64,000 bases of DNA from Ostreococcus lucimarinus (taxonomy: Eukaryota): the NCBI GenBank assembly GCA_000092065.1, contig CP000595.1. The stretch is one strand, 5' to 3'. The position numbers and the translations under genes were made by a program. Below the pieces are notes generated by a model. It did no database searches. It saw nothing but the letters and a program-made list of their open reading frames with translations, and was not told the origin of the DNA. Shown here piece after piece: positions 61,866 through 64,000 of this stretch; position 1 is the first letter of the stretch, and each line of letters begins with the position of its first letter.

Positions 61866-63464
61866 ATGCGCGAGCTCAGTCAACTCGATGTGGAAGACCT
61901 CGGGCGTCCTCAGAGCGAGGCGATCATGCGCGCGAACGACTTGGACACGGCAAACAGCGATGATACGGCGAACGGCGATGACGACAATGCGCGTCGTCGC
62001 GTCGCAAAACGTCGCGCACGGCACGATCGCGCGATCGCGAACGCCTTTGGCTCGGAAAAAGCGATTGGTATTCTGCTAAAATTATCTGTGCCAACGCACG
62101 CGCGCGAGGGCGCACGCGTTGACGCCGCCGCCGCCGCCGACGACGATGATGATTCGCGCGAACGCGCGTTGCGCCCGTCGCGCGACGCTGCGGAAGCCCT
62201 GCGCGCCGACGGCGATGCCTTCGGCTGCATCGAGCGCGAGACGACGCGGACGCTTCGCGCGGAGAGCGGAAATCGATTGCGGACGATGGCGGCGCATTCA
62301 CGCGAACGCGAGGAAGCGCGCCGAGAAGTCGTTCGTGAGACACGGTATTCGTTTCGGTGCGACATGCTCGATGATGCTGAGACGAGCGGGGTTTTGAACG
62401 ACGAACTCGTTGAGGCGTGGAACTCGCTTTTGCGAGAAAATCATATTTCAAAAGACGACGAGACGGGAGATGGCTTCGGCGCACGCGACGACGACGACGA
62501 GGACGGCGATCGCGTTGATTGCATGGATCTCGACGCGCGGTTCCGCGCGCACGTTGATGCATGTAAAACCGCGCTCGAGCCGAAGGAATCGCTCGCAGCT
62601 CGGTTGAAGGCGCATTTAGTTGCCGAAGTCGACGCGCGATTCGACGATGCGATACACGAGCACAGACTCGAAATCGGCAAAGCTCGACGACTGGCTGCAG
62701 AAGAAAGACTCACGCGCAAAAATGCTGTCGAAGAAGTCATTTCGAACACGAAAACGACCTTTGGCGAGACCTCGACGCGTCGAGACGCTTTGCGCTCGGA
62801 AGCTCTCGCCGCGACCGATCGCTCAGCGGCGGCTGAAGACGCGGATTTATCTGCGCGATCTCGGCGCGAAGCGGACGCGCGCCGCGCATCTTTGATAGAA
62901 ATCAAACTTCGGAACGCGAGTGAGGTGTCAGAACTTCGCGCTTGCTTAGAGCACCGCGTGAGTGAGGCCTTCTCCCGTCTCCAGTATGCCATCGCTCGAG
63001 CGCCTCTTCGAGCCGAACGGCTGCGAGACGCGATGAAGCGGCGACGGGGTGACGAGGCGCGAAGGCGAGCGAGGGAACGCTTGGCGTCCAGAGCGATGAA
63101 AGACACGCGCTTCGAGCTACAAGAAATGAAGAGATGCTATACCGAGACGGAGCGAGCCAACGCCGGGCGGGACCGGAAACTACGACTGGCGACGCTGAAG
63201 ACGACGTCTCGCGTCGGCTCGATCGAGAGTATCGGCGCGAAGTCGGAACGCGGCGATAAGATGAACGCGATACTATCGATGAAACAAACGCGCATCGCGA
63301 ATCTGCGTCGCGAGCTAGATGCGGCAGAGGAAGATGTGTGGCTTCGAGCGTTGGCATGCAATCGACCAGCGTTCGCTAAGGACGTTTCGCTCGATGAAAA
63401 ATGTCGCGCCTTTGAAGCGCTAGAGCGAGCGCTTCGTTCGGAGACGCGACAGATCGCGGCGTAA
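61866..63464 (+). CDS. Hypothetical acidic coiled-coil protein. Last gene before the telomere. Its 3' end is duplicated at 56575..56967.
   Basis: ATG at 61866. Long heptad-like Arg/Glu/Ala-rich segments. No recognisable family. Confidence 0.55.
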   Translation: MRELSQLDVEDLGRPQSEAIMRANDLDTANSDDTANGDDDNARRRVAKRRARHDRAIANAFGSEKAIGILLKLSVPTHAREGARVDAAAAADDDDDSRERALRPSRDAAEALRADGDAFGCIERETTRTLRAESGNRLRTMAAHSREREEARREVVRETRYSFRCDMLDDAETSGVLNDELVEAWNSLLRENHISKDDETGDGFGARDDDDEDGDRVDCMDLDARFRAHVDACKTALEPKESLAARLKAHLVAEVDARFDDAIHEHRLEIGKARRLAAEERLTRKNAVEEVISNTKTTFGETSTRRDALRSEALAATDRSAAAEDADLSARSRREADARRASLIEIKLRNASEVSELRACLEHRVSEAFSRLQYAIARAPLRAERLRDAMKRRRGDEARRRARERLASRAMKDTRFELQEMKRCYTETERANAGRDRKLRLATLKTTSRVGSIESIGAKSERGDKMNAILSMKQTRIANLRRELDAAEEDVWLRALACNRPAFAKDVSLDEKCRAFEALERALRSETRQIAA

Positions 63465-63626
63465 TCACAGCGCGAGTGTTGTAAGCTTTCATTTCAATCT
63501 CATTTCAACCTTATATTACACAAAAGCGCTAGCGCCGCGAGCGATCAAGTGCTAATCAAAATGACTCAAGCGCGGATTATAGTATGGATACGCGAGGGGT
63601 TGTGCCAGCGATGGTGGGCACATGTC
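63234..63626. repeat. Right (intact-gene) copy of the ~393-bp inverted duplication
   Basis: Covers the last ~77 codons of the 61866..63464 gene and ~160 bp of its 3' UTR. It is the reverse complement of 56575..56967. Confidence 0.85.
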
Positions 63627-63891
63627 GTTTGTCGTCCAACACGAACACTGAAGAAGGAACTTTGACGCAAGAGTCCGGCGACGTCCGGAGCGTCGAGGGG
63701 GAAGTCTGCGGTGCCGTGCTGGTCGACGCGTGATGGCCGTAGGGTGTCGTGAAGGTGCACAGGAAGGATGCGAATGCTAGTGACTTTTCGGGTTTTAGTA
63801 CGTCCCAGAGAACCTAGGGTTAGGTGTAATAAGTATTAGCTAGTCGGTCGGTTACGGCACTTCTCCCGAAGCGCCTCCCTCCCTCATGCGT

Positions 63892-64000
63892 AGGGTTTAG
63901 GGTTTAGGGTTTAGGGTTTAGGGTTTAGGGTTTAGGGTTTAGGGTTTAGGGTTTAGGGTTTAGGGTTTAGGGTTTAGGGTTTAGGGTTTAGGGTTTAGGG
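63892..64000 (+). repeat. Telomere: (TTTAGGG)n, ~15.5 units, G-rich strand running 5'->3' toward the window end (right chromosome terminus)
   Basis: Perfect tandem gggttta units to the last base. Degenerate telomere-like cctagggttagg at about 63814..63825. Confidence 0.95.

Noticed and set aside
56575-63626. Inverted repeats as terminal inverted repeats of a DNA transposon
   Set aside because: The arms are a duplicated gene 3' end with its UTR. The intervening 6.3 kb encodes ordinary host genes (SGNH hydrolase, COG5-like). There is no transposase and no target-site duplication.
1-64000. Prokaryotic interpretation (operons, defence islands, CRISPR) suggested by the bacterial-style ORF track
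   Set aside because: The telomeric TTTAGGG array, eukaryote-specific genes (phototropin, importin, NDUFA12, COG, CENP-S), TGTAA poly(A) signals and ATG-only plausible starts show this is nuclear eukaryotic DNA. Short tandem repeats are not CRISPR-like (no 25-40 bp repeat/spacer periodicity).

Overview
This window is not prokaryotic. It is the right-hand end of a very GC-rich, compact, intron-poor eukaryotic nuclear chromosome. It ends in a plant/green-algal-type telomere, (TTTAGGG)n from about 63892 to the window edge.

Gene content is green-lineage: phototropin, starch synthase, a PAO/TIC55-family Rieske oxygenase, fibrillin, a kelch-type ACBP and argininosuccinate synthase. Together with the TGTAA poly(A) signals and intergenic spacers of only ~50-250 bp, this points to a Mamiellophyceae picoalga (Micromonas/Ostreococcus-like). 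That organism call is an inference.

I call about 40 protein-coding genes, almost all single-exon, and no rRNA, tRNA, CRISPR or transposon. The ORF track uses bacterial start codons (GTG/TTG), so several listed starts were moved to the first in-frame ATG. Long Arg/Ala-rich antisense ORFs are GC-content artefacts.

The most notable observations are:
- a ~393-bp, ~99%-identical inverted segmental duplication bracketing the last three genes before the telomere;
- a PCIF1/CAPAM-like NPPF methyltransferase;
- an NDUFA12 gene with no in-frame ATG and a candidate 50-nt mini-intron;
- head-to-head genes whose ATGs overlap in a CATG;
- nested GATC palindromes in a divergent promoter;
- G12/C9 homopolymers and trinucleotide tracts.

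I found no defence-island-like novel system and did not force one.
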